Source: an uncultured Methanospirillum sp.
GTDB taxonomy: Archaea > Halobacteriota > Methanomicrobia > Methanomicrobiales > Methanospirillaceae
Direction: 5' to 3'
DNA length: 64,000 nt
Assembly: GCA_964637135.1 (NCBI GenBank)
Contig: CAZWTX010000003.1
Span: forward strand, 62,001-126,000
The translations under genes were made by a program, and so were the position numbers. The notes beneath the pieces were generated by a model. The model was not told the origin of the DNA. It made no database searches and saw nothing but the letters and a program-made list of their open reading frames with translations. Of the stretch, positions 1 through 10,071 are shown piece after piece (the first letter of the stretch is position 1; every line of letters starts with the position of its first letter).

Positions 1-1
1 G

Positions 2-454
2 ACACAGGCACCATCTGCAGCGATTGAAAATCCGGCATCCCTTAAGACTGCGGTCTCACGCGATTCTCCGGCGTACCTCAGGATTGTTGTTTCTGGAACA
101 CCGGTCCAGGTCAGGTCTTCTGAGAACGAAGACTGGGTTCTCGAATATAAAACCAGCCCTGATGAGGCAGCATTAAAGGTCAATGACGAAATCGGAACTG
201 CAGCTGAGTCATTTTCTATCGATGAGAATATTTCAGAGATATATGTCAAGGTGTATCCATACAGTTACTCGAAGTCAGCAGATGTGGAGATAACAGCCGG
301 ACCTGCCTCGGCAGTTGAACTCTCTGATGATGCAGCAAAGGCATTCAATGCTCCTCCACGGTATAATTCAGGTACGGGAACCTCCAGCACCCCGCTTCCT
401 TTCTGGCTTGTCCTGGCAGGGCTGATATGCGCTCTCTGGGTAATCAGGAGATAA
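2..454 (+). CDS. 3' part of a cell-surface protein with a C-terminal sorting/anchor signal (5' end outside the window)
   Basis: Frame open from base 2 to TAA at 454. Ends in a Gly/Ser/Thr linker, TPLP, a hydrophobic stretch and RR, like archaeosortase-type CTERM signals. Confidence 0.7.
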   Translation, partial: TQAPSAAIENPASLKTAVSRDSPAYLRIVVSGTPVQVRSSENEDWVLEYKTSPDEAALKVNDEIGTAAESFSIDENISEIYVKVYPYSYSKSADVEITAGPASAVELSDDAAKAFNAPPRYNSGTGTSSTPLPFWLVLAGLICALWVIRR

Positions 455-570
455 TCACCACTCTCCGTACGTTCTGATGAACTTCACCTGCATGGCAACC
501 ACGTTTCGGTAAGAAACGAAAAAGAGACAACAGAATCTTTTTTATCACCAAGATCCCACTAAATAGAGGA

Positions 571-654
571 GCCGAGATAGTCTAGTCCGGTAAGGCGGTG
601 GTCTTGAAAACCACTGGTGCTTGCACCTCGGGAGTTCAAATCTCCCTTTCGGCG
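571..654 (+). tRNA. tRNA-Ser (anticodon TGA), long variable arm, CCA not encoded
   Basis: Acceptor GCCGAGA/TTTCGGC; anticodon stem GTGGT/ACCAC with loop CTTGAAA (TGA at 605-607); variable arm GGTGCTTGCACC; T-arm GGGAG-TTCAAAT-CTCCC; T-rich tract follows. Confidence 0.96.
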
Positions 655-703
655 CTATTCTTTTTTGTTATCTTTTTATCCTATTAGTTCATATACAAAA
701 CAC

Positions 704-3700
704 ATGGGACAAAAGGGGAGAGTGGGTCCATCATTTTTCCATAGAACGGGAGTATTGCTTGCCGTTCTCATCATATGTATTTCCGGGGTGATTGCAGAAG
801 AAACACCGGTTATTGCATTACAAAACAGCCATGAATCACTTGTAGCCGATTTTTCGGCAGACATCAGATCAGGAAATGTACCCCTGACTGTTACGTTTAC
901 CGATATCACACAGGGCGTGGTAACTGAAAGGAGCTGGGATTTCGGAGATGGGGCCGGGGATAGTGTACAAAATCCCGTTCACATCTATTCCGCTCCAGGG
1001 GTGTATTCGGTGACACTCTCGGTAACGAGTTCTTCAGGATCAGATCAGAAGACCAGGATCGGGTATATTTCAGTCCAGCCAAGGGTTGCTTCTGAACCGG
1101 AACCATCAATAAGCCCCGAACCTCCGGCTATCCCTGAATCTCCTGCAATTGCCGAGGGAATGCAAACCAACCCGGAACCTGACACCCCGGTTCCAGTAAT
1201 AACCGCAAGTGATACGCCTGAAGCCGTCAATACCCCTGAATCTCCCGCTACACCAGTGCCCGTACCAGGTATCCCGGCTCCCGATTTTACCAGTACCCCC
1301 GCTGCCCCCCATTCATCTGAATCCGTGATCTTTACCGGCTCTTCACCCGGAGAAGTAACTGCCTGGATATGGGACTTCGGAGACGGGACAACAGGAGATG
1401 GACAGGAAGCAAACCATACGTACCAGGATCCAGGAACATACCTGGTAACCCTGAAAACCGGAACACCAGCAGGTGAGGCAGCAAGCGGGAAAGAGATCAC
1501 GGTTTCCATGCCCCAGGCCGCTCCGGCAGCAGCCTTTACCTCAACACCCGGAGCCACCCCCCTTGAGGTTATATTCAATGATTCGTCCCGTGGACCGGTA
1601 ACTGGCTGGTCGTGGGATTTTGGAGATGGAGCATCTTCATCAGAGCAAAATCCGGCCCACTCCTTCTCCCGTGAGGGGACATATCTGGTCAGCCTGACAG
1701 TAACCGGGGATGGCGGTATGAATACAACTACCGAACCGGTCGTCCTCACGAAGCCTGCTGAACCGGTCAGGGCCTCCTTCTCTTCCTCCGTTATCCAGGG
1801 ATATGCCCCGCTTGAGGTTTCCTTCACTGACACTTCATCAGGCGCCGCACAGACATATGCCTGGGATTTCGGGGATGGGAATACTTCCCCGGAACAACAC
1901 CCGGTTCATATCTATGACCATGCAGGCGCCTATACCGTCACCCTCACGGTAACCGGTGAGACCGGGGAATCCGGATCTACCAGGGAAATCCTTGTAAAAC
2001 AACCGGCTGTACCCATTCAGGCAGGGTACTCCCTGTCACCACAGGAAGGACAGGTACCGCTTGAGGTCTCCTTCACCGATGCGTCTCAGGGTGAGATCAT
2101 GACCCGTACCTGGGATTTCGGGGATGGGACCTCATCTGAAGAGAAAAACCCGGTGCATACCTACCAGGAACCGGGAACCTATACGGTGACCCTGAGTGTC
2201 ATCGGTCCGACCGGTTCACATAAGTATGCCCGTGAACATGCGGTTGTGGCCGTATCTATACCTGAAGCCGTGTCGATTCCGGTTCAGGAAGAAACACTTG
2301 AGGCTGGAATCCTGACCTCCGCACCGGTATCACCGGATGAAACACAAACCCTCAATGAGCCCGTTGTTACGATCCCGGCCAGGGCAGGGTACCGGACCTC
2401 TGCAACAACCGGAGCAGCTCCGCTGCTCGTCTCGTTCACCCCTGATCTCATTGTCGACGGGATGCAGTACCTCTGGGACTTTGGTGATGGAGAGACCTCA
2501 TACGAACGACAACCCAACCATACCTACCAGGAACCGGGAACCTATACAACCAGGCTTTCGGTATTCGGTTCAGACGGATCATCAGACACCCGGGTGAAAG
2601 AGAACAGTATCCAGGTATCCGAACCGGTCCCGGCACCTGAAGCAGGGTTTTCGGCATCACCACAGTCAGGAAATTCCCCATGCAATGTCAGTTTTACCGA
2701 TCTCTCCATCGGGAAGATCACCACTCGCCAATGGATCTTTGGTGACGGGACATCTTCTCGTGAGAAAAATCCGGTGCATGCCTACACATCACCGGGTACC
2801 TATGATGTATCCCTCCAGGTCAGCGGTATGGGAGGGAGTGACGAGGAGAGAAAGATCGGATATATCCGGATTCTGGAGCCGGGACCCGGTCCGGTTGCTG
2901 ATTACACTCCTGATGTCACGTCCGGAGCCGCCCCGCTCCGTGTTTCCTTTACCGATACTTCAGCCGGGCAGGTACAGTCCTGGAAATGGGACTTTGGCGA
3001 TGGAACCGAATCCGAAGAACAGCACCCGATTCATCTTTACAACAACACCGGGAAGTATTCAGTTACATTAACCGTCACCGGAAACGGTATCCAGGACAGT
3101 AAAACAGAATACGAGAACATTGAAGTCAGTACCCCTGAATCTGCACCGGTTGTCATGATCACGGGAGAGAACAGCACCGGGTATGCCCCTCTTGACGTAT
3201 GGCTCAGTGCCAATGTCACCGGAGAAGTATCCCACTATCTCTGGGATCTCGGGGACGGGTCCACATCATATGATCCTGAGGTACACCATACCTACACCAG
3301 GCCCGGGCTGTACAGTGTCCGGCTGTTTGTGAGCGGAGCACACGGTTCAGATGAAGATATCAGGGAGCAGTTCATCCTTGTGAATGAAACCCCTCAAACA
3401 CCGGTTGCCGAATTTGTGGCAGAACCCCTGTCAGGAACAAATCCGCTTGAGGTATCATTCATGAGTACATCAACCGGAAGTATCACCTCCAGTACCTGGG
3501 AGTTTGGAGACGGACAATCAGCAGAAGGAATCCGGGTGGTTCATGAGTATGAACAACCGGGTACCTACCCGGTCAGGCTGACCGTCTCCGGCCCTTCCGG
3601 CTCTTCAACCATCATCAGGGAACAGTTCATCCCGGTAACCGGGGGGAATGAATCCACGCCTGCAGCGACCGGTATCTCGACATCTGCACAGGCGGTATAT

Positions 3701-4336
3701 CAGTATAATGAGGAAAAACCCCATGGATCTCCTCTGAGCGGGAAAACCGTGACCAAACCGGAAACCTCTGATGAACAGGCAGAACCGCCGGTCACACCTA
3801 TCGTTAATGATACGCCCGAAATCGTACTCCCGGCAGATAATCAGACCCCTGCTGATGAAGTATCCGGTCTGAACGGGACGGAGGAAGACCTAGTTTCTGC
3901 CCCGGTGATCATATCCATTGGGTTAATCAAGGATCTCGTGGATGTCCAGCCGGGATCGGCTGTTGCCGGTGAAGAAAAGAACTACTCACCAGATAACACG
4001 TCATCCGTTATTTCCGGAAACGAAACGGTACCAGCCATGATAACCGGCATCAGTCTCCCAACAGTGAGAGACGACAGGATGCCGAGTGGAAAACCCAAAG
4101 CCGATTTCTTCCTGACCCGCCAGAAGGGCCATGCACCACTCATGGTTACCGGGAAGGATCGATCAACCGGTGAAATCACCTCCTGGCTCTGGGATTTCGG
4201 AGACGGTGAGGTCTCAACAGCCCCGGATCCGGTACATATTTACCTCCTCCCGGGAACCTACACCGTCTCACTCCAGGTAACCGGGCCGGACGGAGTATCC
4301 AAGAAACGGGTCAAGGACGCAATAGAAGTCTACTAA
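704..4336 (+). CDS. Large secreted multi-PKD-domain surface protein (11 PKD repeats)
   Basis: Eleven W[D/E/I][F/L]GDG motifs with HxY...G.Y.V.LTV-type strands, an N-terminal hydrophobic signal and Pro/Glu/Thr-rich linkers. Start moved to ATG 704 because the 617 start lies inside the tRNA. Confidence 0.9.
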   Translation: MGQKGRVGPSFFHRTGVLLAVLIICISGVIAEETPVIALQNSHESLVADFSADIRSGNVPLTVTFTDITQGVVTERSWDFGDGAGDSVQNPVHIYSAPGVYSVTLSVTSSSGSDQKTRIGYISVQPRVASEPEPSISPEPPAIPESPAIAEGMQTNPEPDTPVPVITASDTPEAVNTPESPATPVPVPGIPAPDFTSTPAAPHSSESVIFTGSSPGEVTAWIWDFGDGTTGDGQEANHTYQDPGTYLVTLKTGTPAGEAASGKEITVSMPQAAPAAAFTSTPGATPLEVIFNDSSRGPVTGWSWDFGDGASSSEQNPAHSFSREGTYLVSLTVTGDGGMNTTTEPVVLTKPAEPVRASFSSSVIQGYAPLEVSFTDTSSGAAQTYAWDFGDGNTSPEQHPVHIYDHAGAYTVTLTVTGETGESGSTREILVKQPAVPIQAGYSLSPQEGQVPLEVSFTDASQGEIMTRTWDFGDGTSSEEKNPVHTYQEPGTYTVTLSVIGPTGSHKYAREHAVVAVSIPEAVSIPVQEETLEAGILTSAPVSPDETQTLNEPVVTIPARAGYRTSATTGAAPLLVSFTPDLIVDGMQYLWDFGDGETSYERQPNHTYQEPGTYTTRLSVFGSDGSSDTRVKENSIQVSEPVPAPEAGFSASPQSGNSPCNVSFTDLSIGKITTRQWIFGDGTSSREKNPVHAYTSPGTYDVSLQVSGMGGSDEERKIGYIRILEPGPGPVADYTPDVTSGAAPLRVSFTDTSAGQVQSWKWDFGDGTESEEQHPIHLYNNTGKYSVTLTVTGNGIQDSKTEYENIEVSTPESAPVVMITGENSTGYAPLDVWLSANVTGEVSHYLWDLGDGSTSYDPEVHHTYTRPGLYSVRLFVSGAHGSDEDIREQFILVNETPQTPVAEFVAEPLSGTNPLEVSFMSTSTGSITSSTWEFGDGQSAEGIRVVHEYEQPGTYPVRLTVSGPSGSSTIIREQFIPVTGGNESTPAATGISTSAQAVYQYNEEKPHGSPLSGKTVTKPETSDEQAEPPVTPIVNDTPEIVLPADNQTPADEVSGLNGTEEDLVSAPVIISIGLIKDLVDVQPGSAVAGEEKNYSPDNTSSVISGNETVPAMITGISLPTVRDDRMPSGKPKADFFLTRQKGHAPLMVTGKDRSTGEITSWLWDFGDGEVSTAPDPVHIYLLPGTYTVSLQVTGPDGVSKKRVKDAIEVY
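2156..2547 (+). repeat. 29-bp perfect direct repeat between PKD modules (2156-2184 and 2519-2547)
   Basis: CATACCTACCAGGAACCGGGAACCTATAC occurs twice. Confidence 0.85.
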
Positions 4337-4348
4337 TCAATCCAGCTA

Positions 4349-5398
4349 TCATATCCACCCTTTTTTCCGGAAGAACCAGATCTCAAGGAGGGCTATTATC
4401 AGCATTCCCATGAGAACACCCCAGTATCCGTACGGGTGTTTCAGCTCTGCCATATATTCAAAATTCATACCATACAGGCTGGTGATAAACGTGAGCGGAA
4501 TAAAGACAGTCGCAATCAGCGTTAATACCTTCATCACCTGGTTCATGTTGTTCGAGATGGTGGTAAGGTAAATCTCCATGAGTCCCTCTGATATCTCGCG
4601 ATTCATATCCATATCTTCAGATATCTTGATCACATGGTCATAGATATCACGGAAATAAATCCTGACCGGTTTCGTAATCTTCGGCGAATCAGACCGCTCG
4701 AGCCGCGTGATCACGTCCCTGGCCGCCCATACACGCCGGCGGAACCAGATCAGGTCATGACGTATCTCCTGGAGAACTGTCATGGTACCTCTTCCCGGTG
4801 TCGAGAGAATCTCATCCTCAAGCTGTTCAAGCCGTTCATCAAGGTTTTCAAGCATCAAAAAGAACGAATCCACGAGGGAATCAAGCAGGGCGTAGGCGAG
4901 GTAATCTGGTCCGCACTGGTGAAACCTGCTCCCCGGAATCCTGATCCTGTTCTCCAGGAATGTATAATCAACCCGGTGTTCTGTTACAGAAAGAAGGATG
5001 CGGTCTTTCATCACGATACTCAACTGCTGGTCGGTGAACTGGTCGTCATGAATGGAGAGCTGATCGAGTGTGAGGAACAGGTACTCACCAGACTCCTCGT
5101 ATTTTGTCCTGCTCTTGGTATTCAGGATATCCTCGATAGTCAGCGGATGTAGTAAGAGATGTTCACCGATCTGCTGGATAAGAGAAATGTCCTTTAGTCC
5201 GGCGATACGCAACCAGAGAACAGGGGAAGAAAGCAGCGGATCTATCTCATCAGGACTGGAGATGGACCCCCCGGCCACCGCATCTCCGCCATACACCAGA
5301 TACGAAACATGCGTCGGTTCAGGCTCAATGTCCCCGATATACACCGCGGAACCCGGTGGCAATCCGCTCTTTACCGACAGGCTCTGCTGATATGACAT
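4349..5398 (-). CDS. corA: Magnesium/cobalt transporter CorA
   Basis: GLPPGS N-terminus, LHPLTIEDI, C-terminal YGMNFEYM signature and two TM helices. Confidence 0.95.
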   Translation of the reverse strand: MSYQQSLSVKSGLPPGSAVYIGDIEPEPTHVSYLVYGGDAVAGGSISSPDEIDPLLSSPVLWLRIAGLKDISLIQQIGEHLLLHPLTIEDILNTKSRTKYEESGEYLFLTLDQLSIHDDQFTDQQLSIVMKDRILLSVTEHRVDYTFLENRIRIPGSRFHQCGPDYLAYALLDSLVDSFFLMLENLDERLEQLEDEILSTPGRGTMTVLQEIRHDLIWFRRRVWAARDVITRLERSDSPKITKPVRIYFRDIYDHVIKISEDMDMNREISEGLMEIYLTTISNNMNQVMKVLTLIATVFIPLTFITSLYGMNFEYMAELKHPYGYWGVLMGMLIIALLEIWFFRKKGWI

Positions 5399-5427
5399 AA
5401 CCGACAGAAAATAGGATAAGAGAGATG

Positions 5428-5500
5428 AAAAACACCGTGATCTTCAGGTCGGGTAAACCTGAAAACCCGGGACCTGAATGATCCCGGTCCAGGATCACGG
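5428..5500 (-). terminator. Structured inverted repeat followed by a U-tract, between the permease gene and corA
   Basis: CCGTGATC (5435-5442)/GATCACGG (5493-5500) encloses TTCAGGTC/GACCTGAA; on the minus strand it is followed by UGUUUUU. Confidence 0.45.
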
Positions 5501-5503
5501 AGA

Positions 5504-7015
5504 TCAGGATTTATCCGGAAAGAGTTCGTCGAAACTCTTCTCTTCGTGCTGGATGACCTTGATGCTCTTTATCCTCCCGGTCCGGGTTCCGATATAGTAG
5601 ATGATCATCGGAAGACCAAGAGCAGGGATTGAGAGGAAGAGAGAACCACGAAGGTCCTCGTTAAAGGCCAGGATACCGAGTGCAAAGACCTCAAGGACTA
5701 CTCCGATAATCAGTGGGAACCACGGGGAGAGCGGGGCAGGTGCCTTGATCTCCCGGAGGGTGTACCCTCGTGAAAAGACCTTCCGTCTGAACACTACCTG
5801 GCACCAACAGATCGAAATCCAGCAGATAGCACCGGTAAATGCCGATACCGATAGCAGCCAGAGGTACAGTTCACCCTCGCCATTTGAAAACCACCACATG
5901 CCAAGAACCGCCCAGCAAATGAGGAGGGTGAACAGCGTTGCATACATCGGGGTGCACTGCTTGTTGAGTTTTGAGAAGAGGGAAGGCGCCATTCCTTCCA
6001 GCGATAACCCATACATTGCCCTGACTGCCCCGTAAAATCCAGAATTTGCACAGGAGAACGCTGCAGTCAGAACAATAAACGAGAGAACTCCGGCAACCTC
6101 GGTAAACCCGTACTTCTCCAGCGCCAGAGAGAAGACGCTGTCAGAGAGATTTGCCTCCGAATACGGGAGTATCAGGATCAGCAGTAAGACAGGGATGATA
6201 TCGACCCGGAGAATCCGGTAAACAACCTGACGGCATGCCTTTGGTACGATCCGGTCCGGATTCTCGGTTTCTGCAGCTGCCAGGCCGACAATCTCGGAAC
6301 CCTGGAAATTGACCAGGATCAGGGCCAGATTGGCAAGGAGAATGAAAACACCGGCCGGGAAAAGGGCATGAAAGATTTCCTCGCCTGGGGGTAGAACGAC
6401 ACTGAGACCGATAAAACCTGCCGTGCCGATAAGGCCGAAGACAATGAGGGTCGCAACGACAATAAAAATGCCGTTATGAACGATCTTGATGAGCGAGAGG
6501 AAACTTTCCACAAAACCAAACCCCCCGACATGGATCAGGTTCAGGATGGTGATCAGAAGCAGGAAAATGACCGCCCATATGACAACATCGACCATCGGGA
6601 AGAAGACATGCATGATGATTCCTCCCGCAACAGCTTCTGACGGAATGTAAGCACACCAGTTAAACCAGTAACTCCATCCGGTTCCAACGGCCCAGGTCGG
6701 CGAGATAAATTCTGCCGAGTAACTGATGAAATTTCCCTGCCTCGGAACATTCACAAGCAATTCAGCAAAAGACTGCATCACGGTCCAGATAACAAGACCA
6801 CCGATCATGTAGAGGATGAGAACAGAAGGTCCCATCTCTGCGATGAGGTACCCGGTACCGAGATAATAGATTGAACCGATAATACCCCCGATGGCAATAA
6901 GACTTGCCATCCAGGGCTTAATCCCCCGCTGAAGCCGTTCCATTCCCTGTTCGGGAACCAGCGGATCTACACTCGAATGGGTACAGGAGCAACTGTCCGG
7001 ATTACCTGAAGACAT
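5504..7015 (-). CDS. APC-superfamily amino acid permease
   Basis: IAIGGIIG motif in TM1, FQGSEIVGLAAAETENP motif, about 12 TM segments. Confidence 0.9.
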   Translation of the reverse strand: MSSGNPDSCSCTHSSVDPLVPEQGMERLQRGIKPWMASLIAIGGIIGSIYYLGTGYLIAEMGPSVLILYMIGGLVIWTVMQSFAELLVNVPRQGNFISYSAEFISPTWAVGTGWSYWFNWCAYIPSEAVAGGIIMHVFFPMVDVVIWAVIFLLLITILNLIHVGGFGFVESFLSLIKIVHNGIFIVVATLIVFGLIGTAGFIGLSVVLPPGEEIFHALFPAGVFILLANLALILVNFQGSEIVGLAAAETENPDRIVPKACRQVVYRILRVDIIPVLLLILILPYSEANLSDSVFSLALEKYGFTEVAGVLSFIVLTAAFSCANSGFYGAVRAMYGLSLEGMAPSLFSKLNKQCTPMYATLFTLLICWAVLGMWWFSNGEGELYLWLLSVSAFTGAICWISICWCQVVFRRKVFSRGYTLREIKAPAPLSPWFPLIIGVVLEVFALGILAFNEDLRGSLFLSIPALGLPMIIYYIGTRTGRIKSIKVIQHEEKSFDELFPDKS

Positions 7016-7313
7016 GGTTATCGCCCCCAGGGGTTTTTTCCGGCCGTTAATCTCATCCAGGCAAGAATTTTATCCATTACGCTACCTCAATTTCGTTCAC
7101 ACGGGTATATTATGCCGCAAAAGGTCTGCATCTCTATAAAAAACAATTACTATTAAAAAAAGAGGCACGGATTCTTTTTATTACCACATTCAAACCAATA
7201 GTGCCTAAAAAAAGAGAGAAAAAGGCATAAATGAGAATATTTTTTACCGAGAAAAAAAAGCAGAACAGGGAGGAATCAACCAGTCATCCGGATCAGTAAG
7301 ATGGCGCGCAGAA

Positions 7314-9524
7314 TTATCCCATGTCATTCCCGGACTGCATCGTCTCGAAGAGGAAAACAACATCGGCGAGATTCAACCGGCTGTCACGGTTATAATCAAG
7401 TATCGGATCCTGGTCTCCGGCAGAGATACGGTTCATACAGAGGACGATATCCTGGAAGTCCCCATGTCCGTTATCGTTGAGATCATACGATAAAACGGTC
7501 ATGTTTCCATAGCGACTGGCTGAAAGCGGATAATAATCGTTGTTTCCTACGGCAATCAGGTATGGAGTGCAGATTCCATCCTCATCAGGCGTACAGGTGT
7601 CAGAATACCCGGTTCCATCCGGATCAGACCAGACATTTCCGATTCCATGAATATCCCCGTCTTCACCACCCGCAGTAGTATTCCACCTGAGTTGTTCTCC
7701 TCCTGCAATCTGGACGTTTTTCGAATTCGACAACCGGTTATTCGTGATCACTGCCGAAGTTGCCGAACTGATCCCAATCCCGTAGATATTGGAACTGATC
7801 TCGTTTCCTGATACCAGTGTACCGGTGGAAGAGATCAAAAGGCCGGTCTTTTTGTTTGATATGATCTCATTACCGATGATCTCCGTTCCGGGTGACCGGA
7901 CGATAATGCCGGCAACGGTATTCTTCCCGGCTGTGGTATCACGGACCCTGATAGACGATCCATTTACCAATGCAATCCCGGCATACCCGGCATTCAGGCT
8001 TGTACATCCCGATATCTCGCAATCCTCACAATCGGTCAGGGAAAACCCGGAGGGCGCTTTGCGTGCCGGCCCTACAATGCGATCTGCCGACGAGTCCTGG
8101 ATCGTGACATTCCTGGCCTGGATGGCAGCATACCCGGCCGGACTCTCCTGGACATGACAACCTGCGATGGTTATCTGTTCTGAAGAACTGACGAGGTACC
8201 CGGCAATAAGGTTCTCTTCAGCACTGCACTGCGAGAAGGTGATCATACTGGAGTTGTACCCGGTTCGAAATCCGATCCCGTTCGTCAGGGACATGACCTG
8301 CTGAACTGAGACATTCCGACACCCGACAAGGAAGATACCATTTCCGTTTTTTGAGAGAACCAGATCAGAAACAGAGATATCTGAACAGTTTACCGCTACA
8401 ATAAATGCCGGATTATCTGCCCCGGTAATCACCTGTCCGGAAACGCCATCAAGATACAATCCTTTCCGACCGTCAAAAGAGGTTGAGGAATCGATCTGGT
8501 GATGAAGGTATGCCGGTGAAGAAGCACTGATATCAAAGTTGATCCGGTTCCGGAGGATTCGCCCTCCGGAAATATGCAGGTTTTCAGACTCACTGATACT
8601 GATACCGATAAGGTTTGAATCAGCGATCAGATCAATCAGGGAGCAGCCTGAACATTGTTCAAGGCTAATCCCTGAGTATTTATTTTTCACCAGGGATACC
8701 CCGGAGATGGTAAGCCCGTCTGAACCAAAACAGACTATCCCGGACCCTGCATTCCCTTCGATACTACTCTCCTGGATCAGCGAGTTCCCGGTATCAGAAT
8801 CAATAACGATTCCGTCACCACTATTCTTTTCCACGGTAAGATCCATTGCCGATATTGTATGGCAATTTTTTACAGCCATACCCGGTACAAGAGACGCGGT
8901 TCCTCCGTTTGACAGTATTGAGCCGTTCTGCAACACGACCGTGGAAGAATCCGTCAGCATGAGAGCCGCCGGCGCAACATCTCCATATCCGGTCTCCCGG
9001 ATGGAAAAGTCCTGAAGAGAAACCGTTCCGCAGTCACCGATCTCTATCCCCCCTGCGCTACAATTCAGGACAGACATCGTTGAAATACGAACCAAATCTG
9101 AATTTATAACTCTGATTCCACGCTCAAATCCGGTGATGGTGCAGTTGAAAAGGGTAATATTCCGGCACCGCGAGGGTTCATCAACAACAATCCCAGAGGT
9201 ACCTGTTCCCATGCCGGAGAGCGTGCAGCCGTTTCCGTTGATGACAACATCACTAGTACGGATGATTATCGCTGCTCCGTTGATGTCAGAGTGAATGGAT
9301 GGTTGGAGAGAGTATACACCCGGACGGGATATTTCGCACGGCATACTGGTTATCAGGAAAGAATCCCCTCCATCCCCGGACCCTGCTGGTTGATCAGAAC
9401 CTGATCCCGGTATCCCGGCTGTAGCAGAGACCGGAAGAGCGAACAGAATAACCAGGATCCCCCAGGACAGGGCTCTTGACAGTATTTTCTCCCTGATCCC
9501 TCCATCCAGACGCATAGTAGTCAT
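7314..9524 (-). CDS. Secreted right-handed beta-helix (NosD/CASH-like) protein with a C-terminal dockerin-like domain
   Basis: Signal peptide, repeated GI.L....N.I..N units, GNVWSDPDGTGYSDTC motif, and twin DxNxxGxxD-like loops (DLNDNGHGDFQD, DYNRDSRLNLAD). Start placed at ATG 9524. Confidence 0.85.
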   Translation of the reverse strand: MTTMRLDGGIREKILSRALSWGILVILFALPVSATAGIPGSGSDQPAGSGDGGDSFLITSMPCEISRPGVYSLQPSIHSDINGAAIIIRTSDVVINGNGCTLSGMGTGTSGIVVDEPSRCRNITLFNCTITGFERGIRVINSDLVRISTMSVLNCSAGGIEIGDCGTVSLQDFSIRETGYGDVAPAALMLTDSSTVVLQNGSILSNGGTASLVPGMAVKNCHTISAMDLTVEKNSGDGIVIDSDTGNSLIQESSIEGNAGSGIVCFGSDGLTISGVSLVKNKYSGISLEQCSGCSLIDLIADSNLIGISISESENLHISGGRILRNRINFDISASSPAYLHHQIDSSTSFDGRKGLYLDGVSGQVITGADNPAFIVAVNCSDISVSDLVLSKNGNGIFLVGCRNVSVQQVMSLTNGIGFRTGYNSSMITFSQCSAEENLIAGYLVSSSEQITIAGCHVQESPAGYAAIQARNVTIQDSSADRIVGPARKAPSGFSLTDCEDCEISGCTSLNAGYAGIALVNGSSIRVRDTTAGKNTVAGIIVRSPGTEIIGNEIISNKKTGLLISSTGTLVSGNEISSNIYGIGISSATSAVITNNRLSNSKNVQIAGGEQLRWNTTAGGEDGDIHGIGNVWSDPDGTGYSDTCTPDEDGICTPYLIAVGNNDYYPLSASRYGNMTVLSYDLNDNGHGDFQDIVLCMNRISAGDQDPILDYNRDSRLNLADVVFLFETMQSGNDMG

Positions 9525-9618
9525 ATGTAATGATGAATAAAAAAACCGGCCTTCACAGGGGGATAGAACAGAGGTAGTGATGCAAACATTTATTCGTATC
9601 ATTACGAAAGATATTCAT

Positions 9619-10026
9619 ATGCCTCTAATGACCTGGTCAGATGACCTCTCTGTCGGAGTACATGAGATAGACGGACAGCACCAGAAACTGATCGAACTGA
9701 TTAACACGCTCCATGACGCAATGCTTGCACGAAAAGGAAAAGAAACCGTATCGACAATCATTGACGAACTAGCCGCATACACGGTCTATCACTTTTCCAC
9801 AGAGGAAAAATACATGGGACAGTACAAATACGCCGGCATAGTTACCCACAAACGGGAACACGAAGGATTTGTCAGAAAAGTCGAAGAATTCCAGGACAAC
9901 TATAAGAATAACAAGATCGGCCTTTCGATCGAGATCATGACATTTCTCAAGGAATGGGTGACGGGTCATATCAGGGGTACAGACCAGCAATACACCGCCC
10001 ACTTTAACAAAAACGGCTTGTCCTGA
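9619..10026 (+). CDS. Bacteriohemerythrin (single domain)
   Basis: W...LSVGV.EID.QH, HFSTEE, HKREH and WVTGHI...D di-iron ligand motifs. Confidence 0.93.
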   Translation: MPLMTWSDDLSVGVHEIDGQHQKLIELINTLHDAMLARKGKETVSTIIDELAAYTVYHFSTEEKYMGQYKYAGIVTHKREHEGFVRKVEEFQDNYKNNKIGLSIEIMTFLKEWVTGHIRGTDQQYTAHFNKNGLS

Positions 10027-10071
10027 ACGCTACCCACATACATAAGTCAGTACAGCACCCACCTTTTTCCA

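Noticed and set aside
474..535. CTGATGA...GAAAC resembling a hammerhead core or C/D box
   Set aside because: I could not form stems I-III around the core and found no D box; GAAACG pairs in a simple hairpin with CGTTTC.
617..703. N-terminal extension of the PKD ORF
   Set aside because: Overlaps tRNA-Ser and its T-rich tail; ATG 704 gives a normal signal peptide.
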